Source: Candidatus Binatia bacterium
GTDB lineage: Bacteria > Desulfobacterota > Binatia > UBA9968 > JAJDTQ01
DNA: 64,000 nt
Assembly: GCA_963666515.2 (NCBI GenBank)
Contig: OY762897.2
Location: 3,616,001-3,680,000 of the forward strand
Direction: 5' to 3'
Shown here piece by piece: positions 10,405-21,286 of this stretch. The notes beneath the pieces were generated by a model, which saw only the letters and a list, made by a program, of their open reading frames with translations, had not been told where the DNA came from and did not search any database. The first letter of the stretch is position 1. Each line of letters begins with the position of its first letter. Both the position numbers and the translations under genes were made by a program.

Positions 10405-11226
10405 TTAGGCGTCCCCATCCAGAAACGCCGTCCGGTGGTCCAGCGACGGCAGCCGCCGCCGGACACTCTCCAGATAGTCGAGGTCGATGGCGGCCAGCAC
10501 CAGGCCCGGCTCGGTGTCGGCCTGCGCGATGACCTTGCCCCACGGGTCGACGATCATGGAGTGGCCGTAGGCGTCCATGCTAGCGGGATGCTGCCCGGTC
10601 TGATCCGGCGCGATTACGTACACCTGGTTCTCGATGGCGCGGGCGCGCAACAGCGTCTCCCAGTGTGCGCGGCCCGTGGGCACGGTGAAGACCGACGGCA
10701 CGAAGATGATCCTGGCGCCGCCGGCGACGAGGCGGCGGTAGAGCTCCGGGAAGCGCAGGTCATAGCACACGGACAGTCCCATGGGGCACAAAGGCGTGTC
10801 CGCCACCACCACGGCGTCCCCTGGCCTGCGGTACTCGGACTCACGGATGGGGGCTTCGCCTTCGATATCGACGTCGAACAGGTGGATCTTCCGGTACTTG
10901 GCGATGATGCCCGTTCCGGGACCGATGAGAACGCTGGTGTTGTAGGCGCGGCCTTCCGGATCCGCGGATTCCAGGACCGATCCGGCCAGCAGATACAATC
11001 CGAGCTCGGCAGCAAGCCCGCTCATGCGCTCCGTCGAAGGCCCGGGCACCGGCTCGGCCTTGGCCGCTGTGTCCGCGCCGCGCCCCCGCCAGTTGAAGAC
11101 CTCCGGCAGCACCACCAGCCGCGCGCCCTCGGCGTGGGCCCGCCTAACCCAGTCCTCGGCCTCTCGAAGATTGGCTTCTTTGTCGGAGGTGGCCAGCATT
11201 TGTACTGCTGCGGCAACGAATTTCAT
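10405..11226 (-). CDS. Carbon-nitrogen hydrolase (Nit1/deaminated glutathione amidase-like)
   Basis: LPE, YRKIHLFD, VCYDLRFPE and RARAIENQ triad motifs. Confidence 0.93.
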   Translation of the reverse strand: MKFVAAAVQMLATSDKEANLREAEDWVRRAHAEGARLVVLPEVFNWRGRGADTAAKAEPVPGPSTERMSGLAAELGLYLLAGSVLESADPEGRAYNTSVLIGPGTGIIAKYRKIHLFDVDIEGEAPIRESEYRRPGDAVVVADTPLCPMGLSVCYDLRFPELYRRLVAGGARIIFVPSVFTVPTGRAHWETLLRARAIENQVYVIAPDQTGQHPASMDAYGHSMIVDPWGKVIAQADTEPGLVLAAIDLDYLESVRRRLPSLDHRTAFLDGDA

Positions 11227-11397
11227 GAGTCTTGTTCGGTTTCTGATACCAGCCGTTAAAAGTCAACTTTCAAGGACACGGTATGACAATCCAGCAGAAA
11301 CGTGCAAATATAAAGCGGAAAAGGACAACGAGGCGATCATTCCGCCGAGCGTGGCTGAATTTCCCAAGCCGCTGGTAAGAATGATAAAATAGCGGGC

Positions 11398-11709
11398 ATG
11401 GCTGGAAAGACGTCCGGGAGGGACAACCCGCAGGAGAAGCTGTTCCGGGAGCTTTGGCACTACGCGGAGCAGCAGTGCGGGATCAAGGTGCGGTGCGAGC
11501 GGCTGAGCCGCGACTTCGGCTACCGCGTGCGCAGCGGCGCCTGTATGGTCCGGGGCAAGAAGTGGGTGATCGTGGACCGGACGATGTCGGCCGGTGACCG
11601 GGTGGACCTCCTGGCCGACGAGATCATGCAGTGCCTGGACGAGAAGAGCGAGATACCCGCCGGCCTCCGCCCGTTCCTGGGCGGAACCCCCGGCGGCGCT
11701 ACTTCATGA
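11398..11709 (+). CDS. Hypothetical protein (103 aa)
   Basis: Host-like codon usage; extended -10 (TG-A-TAAAAT) ends 7 nt before the ATG; convergent overlap with nuoN. Confidence 0.7.
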   Translation: MAGKTSGRDNPQEKLFRELWHYAEQQCGIKVRCERLSRDFGYRVRSGACMVRGKKWVIVDRTMSAGDRVDLLADEIMQCLDEKSEIPAGLRPFLGGTPGGATS

Positions 11710-13183
11710 AGAAACCCAGCGAACCGGCCGAATAGTCCAGCAGCGGCCCCCAGTACACCCCCAGCACCACGGTCAGCACCATCAGGGCTCCCAGCAGCGG
11801 CACCGCGCTCGCGGTGGCGGCCACCGGACCGTCGTCGGGACCGGGGTCGTCCAGGAACATGGTCTTGGCGATGCGCGCGTAGTAGTAGAGCGAGATGACC
11901 GTGTTGAGGAGCGCTGCCACGGCCAGCACGTAGAACTGGCCCTCGATGATGGCGGCGAAGAGCAAGAGCTTGCCGATGAATCCCGCCAGCGGCGGCAGCC
12001 CCGTGAGCGAGAACACGAACACCGCCATGCACACCGCGGGGAACGCCGCCCCGCGCCAGGCCAGCCCGCGGTAGGCGTCCATGTCCTCGCGGCCGGTGGC
12101 GTTGGCCACCACCATGACCACCAGGAAAGCCCCCAGGTTCATGATCAGGTACACCACCGCGTAAAACAGCATGGCGGTGAGGCCGTCGTTGTTCAGCACC
12201 ACCAGCCCCATCATGATGTAGCCGGCGTGGGCGATGCCGGAATAGGCCAGCAGGCGCTTGACGTTGGTCTGGTTCAAGGCGGAGAGGTTGCCCCAGGTCA
12301 TGGTGACGATGCTGAGGGCCACCAGCAGGTCGGTCCACTGGACCGCGGAGAACGCCTGGAACGTCCAGCTTCCTTCCTGCCCCAGGGTGGACACCGCGGG
12401 GTAGAAGAAGCGGATCAGGATGGCCACGCCGGCGGCGTTGGAGGCCACCGAGAGGAAGCCGGTGAAGGGCGTGGGCGCCCCCTGGTAGACGTCCGGCGAC
12501 CACATGTGGAACGGCGCGAACGCCATCTTGTAGCCGAAGCCGGCGAGGATGAAGACGAAGGCGATGAACAGCCCGGTCTGGTTGCCGCCGCCCTCGGCCA
12601 TGGCCGCGTTGATGGCGGCGTAGTCCAGGCTGCCGGCCATGCCGAACACCCAGCTCATGCCGTAGATCATGGTGCCGGAGGCGACCCCGCCGTAGATGAG
12701 GTACTTGAGCGCGGCCTCCGCGGAGCGGCGGTTGTGCGGCAGCATGCCGGTGAGGATGTAGGACGTGAGGCTCACCAGCTCCAGGCCGAGGTAGGCCATC
12801 AGCAGGTTGTTGCCCGAGGCCATGAAGAACATGCCGAAGCCGCAGGTGAGCAGCACGATGTAGTACTCGCCCAGGTGCACCTGCTTGACCTCGCCCGATC
12901 CGATGGACATCCAGATGGCCGCCACCAGCGCCGCCAGGGTCAGCACCTTGAAGAACAGGGCGAAGTTGTCCAGCGCCACCATGCGGTGGAACAGCAGCGT
13001 GGGTTCCGTGCCGTACAACTCCGCGGTGGCGCCCAGGGCGACCAGACACCCGGCGAGGCCCACGTAGGCCAGGAGCCGCTTGTTGGCCACCACCAGGTCC
13101 AGGATCGTCAGCAGGATGATGGTCCCCGCCAGGACGATCTCCGGATGGAACAGCTTGATGCTATCGAGGTTGCCGAGGTCCAT
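11699..13183 (-). CDS. nuoN: NADH-quinone oxidoreductase subunit N
   Basis: Multi-TM antiporter-like; EAALKY, KMAFAPFHMWSPDVYQGAPTP and KRLLAYSGIAHAGY. Confidence 0.95.
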   Translation of the reverse strand: MDLGNLDSIKLFHPEIVLAGTIILLTILDLVVANKRLLAYVGLAGCLVALGATAELYGTEPTLLFHRMVALDNFALFFKVLTLAALVAAIWMSIGSGEVKQVHLGEYYIVLLTCGFGMFFMASGNNLLMAYLGLELVSLTSYILTGMLPHNRRSAEAALKYLIYGGVASGTMIYGMSWVFGMAGSLDYAAINAAMAEGGGNQTGLFIAFVFILAGFGYKMAFAPFHMWSPDVYQGAPTPFTGFLSVASNAAGVAILIRFFYPAVSTLGQEGSWTFQAFSAVQWTDLLVALSIVTMTWGNLSALNQTNVKRLLAYSGIAHAGYIMMGLVVLNNDGLTAMLFYAVVYLIMNLGAFLVVMVVANATGREDMDAYRGLAWRGAAFPAVCMAVFVFSLTGLPPLAGFIGKLLLFAAIIEGQFYVLAVAALLNTVISLYYYARIAKTMFLDDPGPDDGPVAATASAVPLLGALMVLTVVLGVYWGPLLDYSAGSLGFFMK

Positions 13184-13187
13184 TGTG

Positions 13188-14708
13188 CTACGAGAGGTGC
13201 GAGATCACCATCTGGTTGATGTTGTTCAGGGAGGCCTGGAGCAGGTCGAGCACCACCCGGGGATACACCCCGACGATGACCACGATCACCCCCAGCGGGA
13301 ACAGCGTGAAGATCTCGCGGCCGTTGATCTCGGGCAGATCCCGGTACTTCTCGTTGGGCGGGCCGAGGTAGACCCGCTGCATCATCCACAGCATGTAGCC
13401 GGCGGTGATGACGATGCCCAGGGCGGCGATGATGGTGAGCGCGTGGTACTTGGGCCAGGCCCCCAGCAGCACCAGCACCTCGGAGACGAACCCCGAAAGC
13501 CCCGGAAGCCCCATGGAGGCGAAGAACGCCAGCGCGGTGAAACCGGCGTACACCGGCATGATGCCGGCCAAGCCGCCGAAGCCGTTGATCTCCCGGTGAT
13601 GGGCGCGGTCGTAGATCACGCCCACGAGCAGGAAGAGCATGGCGGTGATGCAGCCGTGGTTGAACATCTGCAGCACCGCGCCGTTGATGCCCTGGCTGTT
13701 GAAGGCCGCCATCCCCAGCATGACGTAGCCCATGTGGCTGACGCTGGAGTAGGCCACCAGCTTCTTCATGTCCGTCTGCGCCATGGCGCAGAGGCCGCCG
13801 TAGACGATGTTCCAGGCCCCCAGCGCGGCCAGGAACCAGAACGCCAGGTCGGCGGTGGCCTCCGGCAGCATGGGGTAGTTGATGCGCAGGATGCCGTAGG
13901 TGCCCATCTTGAGCAGGATGCCCGCCAGGATCACGGAGATGGCGGTGGGCGCCTCCACGTGGGCGTCGGGCAGCCAGGTGTGGAACGGGAACGCCGGGAT
14001 CTTGATGGCGAAGCCGATGAACAGCGCCATCCACACCACGTGCTGGAAGCCCCAGCCCCACACGTTGAACGGCCACATGGCCAGCGGCTCGGTGCTGTAG
14101 AGGCTGCTCCGGTCCATCAGCTTGGTCATGTCGAAGGTGTTGGGCTCGGAGTAGAAGTAGAGCGCCAGGATGGCCACCAGCATGAGCACGCTGCCCAGCA
14201 GCGTGTAGAGGAAGAACTTGATGGCGGCGTACTCCTTGCGCGGGCCGCCCCAGATGCCGATGAGGAAGTACATGGGAAGCAGCATGACTTCCCAGAAGAC
14301 GTAGAAGAGCACGAAATCGAGCGCCACGAACACCCCGGTCATGCCGGTGTCCAGCAGCAGGAACAGCGCGAAGTAGCCCTTGACCCCCTTGTCGATGCCC
14401 CAGGAAGCGAAGATGCAGAGGAACGACAGCAGCGCCGTCAAGAGCACCATGGAGACGCTCAGGCCGTCGACGCCGACGTAGTACTCGATGTTGAACGCGG
14501 GGATCCAGGCGGCCCGCTCGACGAACTGCATGGAGGTGGTGGTGGTGTCGAAGTTGGCGTAGAGCCAGATCCCCAGAAGGAGCGGCGGCACCGTGGCCGC
14601 GGCCGATACCCAGCGGATGAGGTCGTGGCGGCCGCTCGGCAGGCACAGCACGACCAACATCCCGGCCAGGGGGATGAAGACCATGTAGCTCAGCACGTGT
14701 TCGGTCAT
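13188..14708 (-). CDS. nuoM: NADH-quinone oxidoreductase subunit M
   Basis: FYVFWE, KIPAFPFHTWLPDAHVEAPT and LLKMGTYG. Confidence 0.96.
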   Translation of the reverse strand: MTEHVLSYMVFIPLAGMLVVLCLPSGRHDLIRWVSAAATVPPLLLGIWLYANFDTTTTSMQFVERAAWIPAFNIEYYVGVDGLSVSMVLLTALLSFLCIFASWGIDKGVKGYFALFLLLDTGMTGVFVALDFVLFYVFWEVMLLPMYFLIGIWGGPRKEYAAIKFFLYTLLGSVLMLVAILALYFYSEPNTFDMTKLMDRSSLYSTEPLAMWPFNVWGWGFQHVVWMALFIGFAIKIPAFPFHTWLPDAHVEAPTAISVILAGILLKMGTYGILRINYPMLPEATADLAFWFLAALGAWNIVYGGLCAMAQTDMKKLVAYSSVSHMGYVMLGMAAFNSQGINGAVLQMFNHGCITAMLFLLVGVIYDRAHHREINGFGGLAGIMPVYAGFTALAFFASMGLPGLSGFVSEVLVLLGAWPKYHALTIIAALGIVITAGYMLWMMQRVYLGPPNEKYRDLPEINGREIFTLFPLGVIVVIVGVYPRVVLDLLQASLNNINQMVISHLS

Positions 14709-14745
14709 TTTCGCTTCTCTCCTATCCGAATCTCTCCGATCTGAA

Positions 14746-16776
14746 TCAGCTCCAGTAGCGCAGCTTGACGATCAGGGCGACGACCACGGCTCCCACCACC
14801 ACGTAGAGGTAGCTGTTGATGTTCCCGGTCTGGACCCTGCGGAAGTTGTTGCCGATCGCGAAGGTCACGTTGGCGACGGCGTTGACCAGCATGTCGACGA
14901 CGTAGTTGTCGAACAGGCCGTTGATCCAGGAGATGATGGTGGTGAGCCTGGCCGATCCGTCCACGATGGTGTCGATGATGTAGCGGTCGAACGCCGCTCC
15001 GACCCGCGCCAGCAGCAGGGTGCCGCCCACGAAGAGGAACTGGTAGACCTCGTCGACGTAGTACTTGTTGTAGAGAACGCGGTACGGGACCCCCTTGGAC
15101 TCGGGCGACTCGTCCCGCGACGGGGTGCGTACGTAGTAGAGGAAATACGCCAGCGCCACGCCCGCGGCCGCGGCGGCGATGGACACGCTCATGACGCCCA
15201 GCTCCTCCGCCACGGAGTGGTGCTCGTGATGCGCATGGATCACGGGATCGAGCCAGCCGTCGATGAGGCTGCCGCCCATGAACGCCGGCAGCCCGACATA
15301 CCCGATGACCACGGAGCCGGCGGCGAGGATCCACAGCGGCCAGGTCATGATCTTCGGCGACTCGTGCAGGTGCTCCTGCACGTGGTGGTCGGCGCGGCAT
15401 TGGCCGAAGAACACCATGAAGAACTGGCGGAACATGTAGAACGCCGTCAGGCCGGCCACGAACACGGCCACGCCCCACAGCACCTGGTTGTGGGTCGCCC
15501 AGGCCTGCCACAGGATGGCGTCCTTGGAGAAGAAGCCGGCCAGGAAGGGCGTTCCGGCGATGGCCAGGACGCCGACGGTGAAGGTCCAGAAGGTCGCCGG
15601 CATCACCTTGCGCAAGCCGCCCATCTGCCGCATGTCCTGCTCTCCCTGCATGGCGTGGATGATGCTGCCGGAGCCCAGGAAGAGGCAGGCCTTGAAGAAC
15701 GCGTGGGTGAGCAGGTGGAAGACGCCGGCGGCGTAGGCCGCCACGCCCATGGCCAGGAACATGTAGCCGAGCTGGCTGATGGTGGAGTAGGCCAGCACCC
15801 GCTTGATGTCGTTCTGGGTGACGGCGATGGTGGCGGCGAAGAACGCCGTGGCGGCGCCGATGGCGGCGATGATCCCCAGGGTCACCGGGGCGGCCGAGAA
15901 CAGCTCGTTCAACCGCGCGATCATGTAGACCCCGGCCGTCACCATGGTGGCGGCGTGGATCAGCGCGCTCACCGGAGTCGGGCCCTGCATGGCGTCGGGG
16001 AGCCAGACGTAGAGCGGGATCTGCGCCGACTTGCCGGTGGCGCCGATGAACAGCAGGATCGTCACCACCGTGACCACCGCGACGCCCCAGATCTCCGCGT
16101 TGGCCAGCAGCCCCACGTTGTGCGCGATGTCGCGGAAGGCCAGGGTCCCCTGGCCCTGCCCGGACAACGTCCAGTAGAGCAGGAAGATGCCCAGCACGAA
16201 GCCGAAGTCGCCGATGCGGTTGACGATGAACGCCTTGTTGCCGGCGCGCGTGTTGGTGTGATCGCCGTACCAGAAGCCGATGAGCGCCCACGAGCACAGC
16301 CCCACGCCCTCCCAGCCCACGAACATGACCAGCAGGTTGTCGCCGGTCACCAGCAGCAGCATGGAGAAGGTGAACAGGTTGAGATAGGCGAAGTAGCGCC
16401 ACATGGAGCGGTCGTCGTGCATGTAGCCGATGGAGTAGAAGTGGATCAGTCCGCCGATGCCGCTCACCACCAGGATCATGATGGCCGACAGGGGGTCCAC
16501 CCAGAAGGCCACGTCCACGCTGAACGACCCCATGGGGATCCAGGTGTAGAACTGGTCGATGAGGAACCGCTCCTTGGCCGGCAGTCCGAGCAGCCTGCCG
16601 TAGGCCCACAGCGAGAACAGGAAGGACAGGGTCACCGGCGCGCACGCGATGACGGCCACCATGCGCTTGCCCATGCGCTCCTGGATGCGGGCGCCCAGCA
16701 GGCCGTTCACCGCCGCGCCCAGCAGCGGGAACAGCACGATCCAACGCAGGAAATCGGTCTGAACGGGGTTATCCAT
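14746..16776 (-). CDS. nuoL: NADH-quinone oxidoreductase subunit L
   Basis: GWEGVG, GKSAQIPLYVWLPDAMQGPTPVSALIHAATMV and HAFFKACLF. Confidence 0.97.
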   Translation of the reverse strand: MDNPVQTDFLRWIVLFPLLGAAVNGLLGARIQERMGKRMVAVIACAPVTLSFLFSLWAYGRLLGLPAKERFLIDQFYTWIPMGSFSVDVAFWVDPLSAIMILVVSGIGGLIHFYSIGYMHDDRSMWRYFAYLNLFTFSMLLLVTGDNLLVMFVGWEGVGLCSWALIGFWYGDHTNTRAGNKAFIVNRIGDFGFVLGIFLLYWTLSGQGQGTLAFRDIAHNVGLLANAEIWGVAVVTVVTILLFIGATGKSAQIPLYVWLPDAMQGPTPVSALIHAATMVTAGVYMIARLNELFSAAPVTLGIIAAIGAATAFFAATIAVTQNDIKRVLAYSTISQLGYMFLAMGVAAYAAGVFHLLTHAFFKACLFLGSGSIIHAMQGEQDMRQMGGLRKVMPATFWTFTVGVLAIAGTPFLAGFFSKDAILWQAWATHNQVLWGVAVFVAGLTAFYMFRQFFMVFFGQCRADHHVQEHLHESPKIMTWPLWILAAGSVVIGYVGLPAFMGGSLIDGWLDPVIHAHHEHHSVAEELGVMSVSIAAAAAGVALAYFLYYVRTPSRDESPESKGVPYRVLYNKYYVDEVYQFLFVGGTLLLARVGAAFDRYIIDTIVDGSARLTTIISWINGLFDNYVVDMLVNAVANVTFAIGNNFRRVQTGNINSYLYVVVGAVVVALIVKLRYWS

Positions 16777-16791
16777 GGCGACTCGTGAAGG

Positions 16792-17124
16792 CTAGTCCTT
16801 GAGCGTCTCGGTGGCCTCGACGTCGATGGTGGCGAAGAGCTGGTAGATGGCGAGGACGATGGCCAGGCCGATGGCGGCCTCGGAGGCCGCCAGCATGATT
16901 ATGAACACGGTGTAGATCTGCCCGTCCACGGCGCCGGTGCTGAAATGCGAGAAGGCGACGTAGTTCAGCCCGGCGGAATTGAGGATCAACTCGACCCCCA
17001 GGAGGATGCTGATGGCGTTGCGCCGGGTGAGGACGATGTAGATGCCCAGCGCGAACAGGATGCCCGCCACCACCAGGTAGTGCTCCAGCCCGACGTTCGT
17101 CAACGATGCTAGGTATGCAGCCAT
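16792..17124 (-). CDS. nuoK: NADH-quinone oxidoreductase subunit K
   Basis: RRNAI..GVELILN and AASEAAIGLAI. Confidence 0.94.
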   Translation of the reverse strand: MAAYLASLTNVGLEHYLVVAGILFALGIYIVLTRRNAISILLGVELILNSAGLNYVAFSHFSTGAVDGQIYTVFIIMLAASEAAIGLAIVLAIYQLFATIDVEATETLKD

Positions 17125-17149
17125 CTCGCGAAACTCTGTTCCCTGACCT

Positions 17150-17662
17150 CTATTCCTTGATTTCCTTGCGCGACAGCGTGATGGCGCCGATCAGAGCCAC
17201 CAGCAGCACCACCGCGGCGATCTGGAACGGCAGCAGGTAGTCGCCCAGGAAGAGGTTGCCGATGGCCGCGGTGGTGGGCTCGAACGCCACTTCCTTGACC
17301 TTCACCCAGTCGGTCCGGCCGATGGCGTAGACCAGGATGCCCAGGAACACCGCCACCGCCACGAGCCCGGGAATCCGGCCCACCGTGCGGTTGGTGATGT
17401 CGATGTCGCTGATCCGGTGGGTCAGCATCACCGCGAACAGGATCAGCACGAGGATGCCGCCGACGTAGATCAGCACCTGCACCGCGGCCACGAAGTCCGC
17501 GCCCAGGAAGACGTAGAGCCCGGCCACCCCGCCGAAGGTGCCCAGCAGCGAGAAGGCGGAATGCACGATGTTGCGCGAGAACGCCACGATGCAGGCCGAC
17601 CCCACCACCACCAGGGAAACCAGATAGAAGATGAGGACATCTATGGAAATATCCATGATCAA
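17150..17662 (-). CDS. nuoJ: NADH-quinone oxidoreductase subunit J
   Basis: NIVHSA, ADFVAAVQVLIYVGGILVLILFAVML and YLLPF. Confidence 0.94.
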   Translation of the reverse strand: MIMDISIDVLIFYLVSLVVVGSACIVAFSRNIVHSAFSLLGTFGGVAGLYVFLGADFVAAVQVLIYVGGILVLILFAVMLTHRISDIDITNRTVGRIPGLVAVAVFLGILVYAIGRTDWVKVKEVAFEPTTAAIGNLFLGDYLLPFQIAAVVLLVALIGAITLSRKEIKE

Positions 17663-17774
17663 TACACCCTTTGAGCGGGGAACCTGTCGGCTCGCACAGG
17701 CCGCGCGCCGCGACGGCGGGGCCGGGAGCCTGTCCGACGAAGAGTCCTGTGAACCTTGACGCGGCCGATGGCCG

Positions 17775-18314
17775 TCAGTTTTCCGGTTCGGCGATCTCGT
17801 CCATGTACGTCTTTCCGATATCCACCTTCTGAATCATCCGGGGTTCCGTCTCCCCGCCCTTTTTCGGCTTGTAAAGAGGCACTTTCTCGGTGATGAAATG
17901 CCGCACCAGACCGGCGGGATTGTTGCAGGCGCCCTCGAACTCCTGCGTGTGACGGATGGACCCCGTGGGGCAGGCCTCCATGCACAGCCCACAATACATG
18001 CACTTGCATATGTCGATGTCAAACAGGGTGAAATCGCGCTGCTTCGTCTCCTGGTTCATCTCGATGCCGATGGCGATGCAGTTGATCGGACAGACCCGCT
18101 CGCAGGCGAGGCAACCCGTGCAGATGTCCATGTCGACCTCGAGGATGCCCCGGTAGCGGAGCGGCAGGGTCGCCTGCACCTGCTGCGCGATGCGGTCGGG
18201 GTACTGGACCGTCGACGGCTTGCGGACGAAGTGGGAGAAGGTGATGGTCATCCCTTCGAAGATGCTCCTCACCGTGTCTCTGACGTTCCGACAGTATTCG
18301 ATGACTCCGTTCAT
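17775..18314 (-). CDS. nuoI: NADH-quinone oxidoreductase subunit I (2x[4Fe-4S])
   Basis: TVQYP, RYRG, CTGCLACERVCP and CMYCGLCMEACP. Confidence 0.94.
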   Translation of the reverse strand: MNGVIEYCRNVRDTVRSIFEGMTITFSHFVRKPSTVQYPDRIAQQVQATLPLRYRGILEVDMDICTGCLACERVCPINCIAIGIEMNQETKQRDFTLFDIDICKCMYCGLCMEACPTGSIRHTQEFEGACNNPAGLVRHFITEKVPLYKPKKGGETEPRMIQKVDIGKTYMDEIAEPEN

Positions 18315-18341
18315 GGGCGTTTCCCCGGCCGGTCCTGAATC

Positions 18342-19547
18342 CTACACGTACGGCTTGAGATAGAGGGTGGGACGCGAGTGCATGATCTGGAAGACCACCC
18401 GCCAGACAAAGTAGAGCGCGATGAGAACCGACACCGCCAACGTGGCCATGGTCAGCGCGGGGTTCCCGTCGGGCCAGATCACCAGCAGCACGATGGTGCC
18501 GAACAGGCAGATGAACGAGATGGGCACCATGTACTTCCAGCACATGGCCATGAGCTGGTCCACCCGCACCCGCGGCAGCGTGCCCCGCACCCACATGGCC
18601 ACGAAGGCCCAGAAGTAGGCCTTGACGAAGAAGACCGCGAACTCCAGCACGCCCTTGAGCAGCGGGTGCTCGGCCATGGTGACGCCGAACAGGGTCGCGG
18701 GTATCTGCCAGCCGCCCAGGAACAGCGTCGCGGCGATGGCGCCGATGACGTACAGGTTGCCCCACTCGGCGAAGAAGAAGAACAGGAAGCGCATGCCGCT
18801 GTACTCGGTGACGTAGCCGGCCACCAACTCGGATTCGGCCTCGGGGATGTCGAACGGCGTGCGGTTCCCCTCGGCCAGCGCCGCGGTGAAGAACAGGAAG
18901 AAGGCCACCAGGGTGAAGGGGTTGTAGAAGATGAACCAGTCCCACGGCGCCCATCCCTGGGCCTTGATGATCCCCTGCATGCTGAGGGTCCCGGACAGGA
19001 AGATCACGGTCAGCACCGCGACCCCCGCGGGTATCTCGTAGCTGACGATCTGCGCGGCCGAGCGCATGCCGCCGAGCAGCGACCACTTGTTGTTGGACGA
19101 CCAGCCCGCCATCAGGATGCCCACCACCACCAGGGAGGTGATGGCCAGGAGGTAGAGGATGCCGATGTTCAAGTCGGCGGGGATCAGCCAGCTCCCGAAG
19201 GGGATGACGACGAAGGCGCCGAGGAAGCCCGAGAAGACGATGTAGGGCGCCAGCAGGAACAGCTTCCGGTCGGCCGACGCCGGGATGATGTCCTCTTTCT
19301 GGATGTTCTTGACCCCGTCCGCCAGCCACTGGAGCACTCCCTGCGGGCCAACCCGGTTGGGACCGACCCGGGACTGCATGCGCGCCCACACGCGCCGCTC
19401 CAGCCAGCTCGTCACGCCGGCAAGCGGCGCCACGAAGAAAGACAGCACGGCGAAGGCCACCGCCACCGCGGCCAGGGCGTAGCCCAGGGCCGCCGGGACG
19501 GTGCCCGGCAACAGCGTCGCGATCAGGTCTTGTACGGTGAAATCCAT
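18342..19547 (-). CDS. nuoH: NADH-quinone oxidoreductase subunit H
   Basis: LERRVWARMQSRVGPNRVG, RTPFDIPEAESELVAG and PRVRVDQL. Confidence 0.96.
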   Translation of the reverse strand: MDFTVQDLIATLLPGTVPAALGYALAAVAVAFAVLSFFVAPLAGVTSWLERRVWARMQSRVGPNRVGPQGVLQWLADGVKNIQKEDIIPASADRKLFLLAPYIVFSGFLGAFVVIPFGSWLIPADLNIGILYLLAITSLVVVGILMAGWSSNNKWSLLGGMRSAAQIVSYEIPAGVAVLTVIFLSGTLSMQGIIKAQGWAPWDWFIFYNPFTLVAFFLFFTAALAEGNRTPFDIPEAESELVAGYVTEYSGMRFLFFFFAEWGNLYVIGAIAATLFLGGWQIPATLFGVTMAEHPLLKGVLEFAVFFVKAYFWAFVAMWVRGTLPRVRVDQLMAMCWKYMVPISFICLFGTIVLLVIWPDGNPALTMATLAVSVLIALYFVWRVVFQIMHSRPTLYLKPYV

Positions 19548-19556
19548 CGCCTCTGC

Positions 19557-20693
19557 CTACCGGTCGATCTCGGGAGCGTCCACGTCCAGGCTCGCGATCA
19601 GTGCGATCAGGTCCGCGACCATGATGCCCGGGCTGATCTTGTCGATGATGCTCATGGCGGTGAACGAGCCTGTGCGGATGCGCACCCGGTAGGGGTATTC
19701 GCTGCCGTCGCTGACCACGTAGTAGCCCATGTCGCCGCGCGGCGCCTCGATGCGCACGTAGGTCTCGCCGGCGGGCGGCTTGAACTTGCGCGCCACCTTG
19801 GCGACAGCCGGGCCGTCGGGCATCTTGTCGAGGCACTGGCGGAGGATCTTGCAGCTCTCCATCAGCTCGCGGATACGGACGTAGTAGCGGTCGTAGGAAT
19901 CGCCCAGGGTGCCCCTCTCGCCGCGCCCCACCGGCACCTCGAAATCCAGGTCGGGGTAGACCGAGTAGGGGATGTCCCGGCGGATGTCCCACTGGACCCC
20001 GGACGCCCGCAGGTTGGGTCCCACCAGGTTGTACTGGAGCGCGTCCTCCTTGGAGATCACCGCGACGTTGGCCAGCCGCTCGATGAAGATCTTGTTGTAC
20101 GACAGGAGCCGGTTGTACTCGTCGACGATGGGCTCGAAGTGGTCCAGGAACGCGGTGATCCGCGCGCACGTCTCCGGCTTGATGTCGTAGCCGACGCCGC
20201 CGATCCGCAGGTAGTTGTAGGTCAGGCGGGCGCCGCAGATCTCCTCCATCAGGTCGTTGATGCTCTCCCGCTCCCGGAGCGCGTGGAGGAAGGGCGTGAT
20301 GGCGCCGATGTCCTGCCCGAAGGTGCCCACCGCGATCAGGTGGCTGGCGACGCGGTTCAGCTCGCAGGCGATGACCCGGCAGTACTCGCCGCGGGGCGGC
20401 ACCTCCACGTTGCCCAGCCGTTCCGCGGCCATGCAGAAGCCCTGGTTGGCGAACATGGCGGCCAGATAGTCGGCCCGGTCGGTGTAGGGCACGTAGCCGT
20501 GCCAGGTGCACTTCTCGCCGATCTTCTCGATGGAGCGGTGCAGGTAGCCGACATCCGGGATGGCCTCGTTGATGACCTCGCCGTCGGTCTTGACCACGAA
20601 CCGCAGCACGCCGTGGGTGCTCGGATGCTGCGGCCCCACGTTCAGCGTCATGTCTTCGGTGTGCAAGCCGGTGCTTTCGGCGACCTCGCTCAT
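19557..20693 (-). CDS. nuoD: NADH-quinone oxidoreductase subunit D
   Basis: [28 protein letters not shown] and terminal EIDR; lacks the Ni-binding CxxC pairs of hydrogenases. Confidence 0.95.
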   Translation of the reverse strand: MSEVAESTGLHTEDMTLNVGPQHPSTHGVLRFVVKTDGEVINEAIPDVGYLHRSIEKIGEKCTWHGYVPYTDRADYLAAMFANQGFCMAAERLGNVEVPPRGEYCRVIACELNRVASHLIAVGTFGQDIGAITPFLHALRERESINDLMEEICGARLTYNYLRIGGVGYDIKPETCARITAFLDHFEPIVDEYNRLLSYNKIFIERLANVAVISKEDALQYNLVGPNLRASGVQWDIRRDIPYSVYPDLDFEVPVGRGERGTLGDSYDRYYVRIRELMESCKILRQCLDKMPDGPAVAKVARKFKPPAGETYVRIEAPRGDMGYYVVSDGSEYPYRVRIRTGSFTAMSIIDKISPGIMVADLIALIASLDVDAPEIDR

Positions 20694-20737
20694 GGCAACC
20701 TTCCTTCGTCAGCCCGGCCGGTGTCCTGGAAAGGACA

Positions 20738-21244
20738 CTAGCGCATGTTCTCCGGCACCAGCGGCTCGCGCTCGGTGCTGATACCGTCGTACTCTTCCTG
20801 CTCCACGAAGTCCTTGCGCAGGGGATAGCCCACCCAGTCTTCCGGCAGCAGGATCCGGCGCAGGTCCGAGTGCCCTTCGAACACGACGCCGAAGAGGTCG
20901 AACACCTCCCGCTCGAACCAGTTGGCGACCTTCCAGACGTCTTCCACCGTGGCGATGCGCGCCGCGTCCCGGTCGACGTCGGCCTTCATCACGATCTCCT
21001 GCCGGGGCTCGTACGAGTACAGGTGGTAGACCACCTGGATGACGTTCTCCGTCGGGAGGTCCACCGCGGTCAGGTCGGAGAGCACGTCGAACTTCAGCGC
21101 GGCGTCGTCCCGCAGCGCCAAGCAAACCTCCTTGAGGCTGGCCGGATCGACCTTGAAGAAGGGCTCCAGGCCCTGTTCGTCGAGGTCCCCCACGCCGCCG
21201 GGGCAAAGCTCCCTGACGCGCTCGTATATCTCTTTCGCGGTCAT
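20738..21244 (-). CDS. nuoC: NADH-quinone oxidoreductase subunit C
   Basis: ANWFEREVFDLFGVVFEGHSDLRRILLPEDWVGYPLRKD. Confidence 0.95.
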   Translation of the reverse strand: MTAKEIYERVRELCPGGVGDLDEQGLEPFFKVDPASLKEVCLALRDDAALKFDVLSDLTAVDLPTENVIQVVYHLYSYEPRQEIVMKADVDRDAARIATVEDVWKVANWFEREVFDLFGVVFEGHSDLRRILLPEDWVGYPLRKDFVEQEEYDGISTEREPLVPENMR

Positions 21245-21286
21245 GTCGTCGCTACCTCTGCCGGGAAATCCTGCTCGCCGATTCGC

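Noticed and set aside
17663-17774. Possible MITE/IS end or ncRNA between nuoI and nuoJ (and similar GC-rich spacer at 50080-50190)
   Set aside because: Only short imperfect CCTGT/ACAGG stems; no clear terminal inverted repeats, target duplication or second copy in the window.
19557-20693. Group 4 [NiFe] hydrogenase large subunit
   Set aside because: No N- or C-terminal CxxC Ni-binding motifs; NuoD quinone-site motifs are intact.
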